A program made the position numbers and the translations under genes. A stretch of 64,000 nucleotides of DNA, from NCBI GenBank assembly GCA_010093605.1, contig MU004187.1, forward strand, positions 434,001 to 498,000. Reading direction: 5' to 3'. The notes beneath the pieces are model-generated. The model saw nothing but the letters and a program-made list of their open reading frames with translations. It ran no database searches and was not told the origin of the DNA. This DNA is from Lophium mytilinum (lineage: Eukaryota). Positions within the stretch are counted from its first letter, which is position 1. The number at the start of each line of letters is the position of its first letter. This document shows positions 62,696-64,000 of this stretch, one piece after another.

Positions 62696-63698
62696 CTTCA
62701 GAGGAGTTTCTTGTCCTCTTGGGCGGTGGAGATTGACAGCGGGGAGAAAGTCGTGGTGTTTTCAAGGAGTGTTGAAGATGCCACTGTACGAGTTGACAGG
62801 GGTGTCTCGGAGAACCTCGAACGTTTTTCCGGGTATCTCCTTTCCTCTCTTCCTCCGAGCCACAACATCTATCTATCAATCTTCATTTCTGAAGGCATTC
62901 CATTGACAGGATCCTCATCTGCTTCGTCATTCTGCTCTACAGGTAAATATCTGACTTTATACAGATGCTTCGACCGTCTTTGTCTCTGGTTGGCGAGAAA
63001 TATGCGTTCACGACGCGTTAAGGAAAAGGAGAACAGCGAGCCTTCATGATCGCTAGAATTACAGATAAAAGTCAGTTGATTCGAGTACGGTAGGATGTGT
63101 AGTTCATTTTGGAGCCGTGGTTCGTGCTTCGATGTCATCTTTTGGTTTAGTGCATGGCGCCCGAGAGGGCCTCACGGGCATACACATATGCTCAGGCGCC
63201 AAGTTAAGGGAGTCTAGTCGTAGGTAAGAAACGAGTAGAAATAGATTAGTTTACATTAGTTGATTTTGGGATCATTGTCTGTCGTGCTGCTTCAGAGGCC
63301 CAAATTTTCATGCGATGGTTTCGCATGAGGTGCCTCAATGGATTATCCAAGACTCCAAAAGAGGTCGAAAGTTGCTTCAAAGTCAAGGCTCTCCAATTTT
63401 GTCCAGCAAATAGCTCAAATTTACTAGACCCATCGTTGCTGTTTGTCAACGGCGGTGCAGGTGGGAAATTCCTACATCTATGAACAAAAAGAACGCCATT
63501 GAGGCCGGCTTGCACTTCTTTTGCCTCTCCTTTCTTCAGCCCACTGCCGAACTTCCTCCGCCTTCACTTTGCCTCTCTATTTCTTGAGCCGGCCCCTCTC
63601 CTTCCTTTGACCACCTTCACCCTTGTTCTCTTTCACCTCTTCACCATCTCACCGTCATGACGACAACACCTTGACGATAGAACTACAACTCTAACAAT

Positions 63699-64000
63699 AT
63701 GGCGCGTAACCCACCTCCTCCGCGTAGGGTCTCCAGAACCTCAACCCTTCTCTTCGCGCTCGGAGCGCAAGACACGCCCTTTGCAAAAGACAAGACGAGA
63801 AAGTCGGCACCCTCAGTAAGTGCGGCTCTACCAACTCGCCCGCAAAGGCTGCGCTACGAAGAGAAGCTGATGTTGATCTACAGACCCCATTTCTAATCGG
63901 CAGCAAATACAAGAAGCCTTCCGATACTAAGAAAGCGGCATCCACGCCCAAGGACGAGAGCAACAATAAGGATGCGGATAAGAAGTCTGGCGCTGCAGCG
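63699..64000 (+). CDS. 5' part of an unidentified gene running off the window; probable intron at about 63816-63883
   Basis: ATG follows a pyrimidine-rich leader. A GTAAGT...GCTGAT...CAG intron joins it to an open Lys-rich frame reaching the window end. Confidence 0.55.

Noticed and set aside
62384..63049. 221-aa plus-strand ORF
   Set aside because: Overlaps EMP24 antisense, starts at a non-ATG codon and lacks protein-like features.
63460..63475. GGTGGGAAATTC resembling fungal RNase P RNA conserved region I
   Set aside because: The following bases diverge and I found no complementary P4 partner; probably chance.

Overview
Eukaryotic, intron-containing DNA (short GT-AG introns with CTAAC/CTGAC branch sites) from a filamentous ascomycete; Dothideomycete-like is my inference. 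It holds about 27 protein-coding genes. The left part (about 1.8-24.5 kb) looks accessory: two paralogs of an unnamed domain family, a three-fold internally repeated protein, a hevein-membrane fusion, and a head-to-head pair of a CVNH-lectin/TPR-like/CHAT caspase-like protease (17953-22167) with a fungal gasdermin-like gene (22612-23442). That pair is the best candidate for a glycan-triggered cell-death or immune module. The middle carries two MFS transporters, a CorA-like protein, a Zn2Cys6 factor, RTA1 and a GH13 alpha-glucosidase. The right part is a dense housekeeping block: TRS85, CCA1 fused in frame to a Tti2-like domain, TMEM42-like, TOA2, VMA16, gephyrin and EMP24. A short (about 80-150 bp) dispersed repeat occurs five times, always downstream of a gene and in that gene's orientation. 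All family calls come from motif recognition by eye; no database searches were run.
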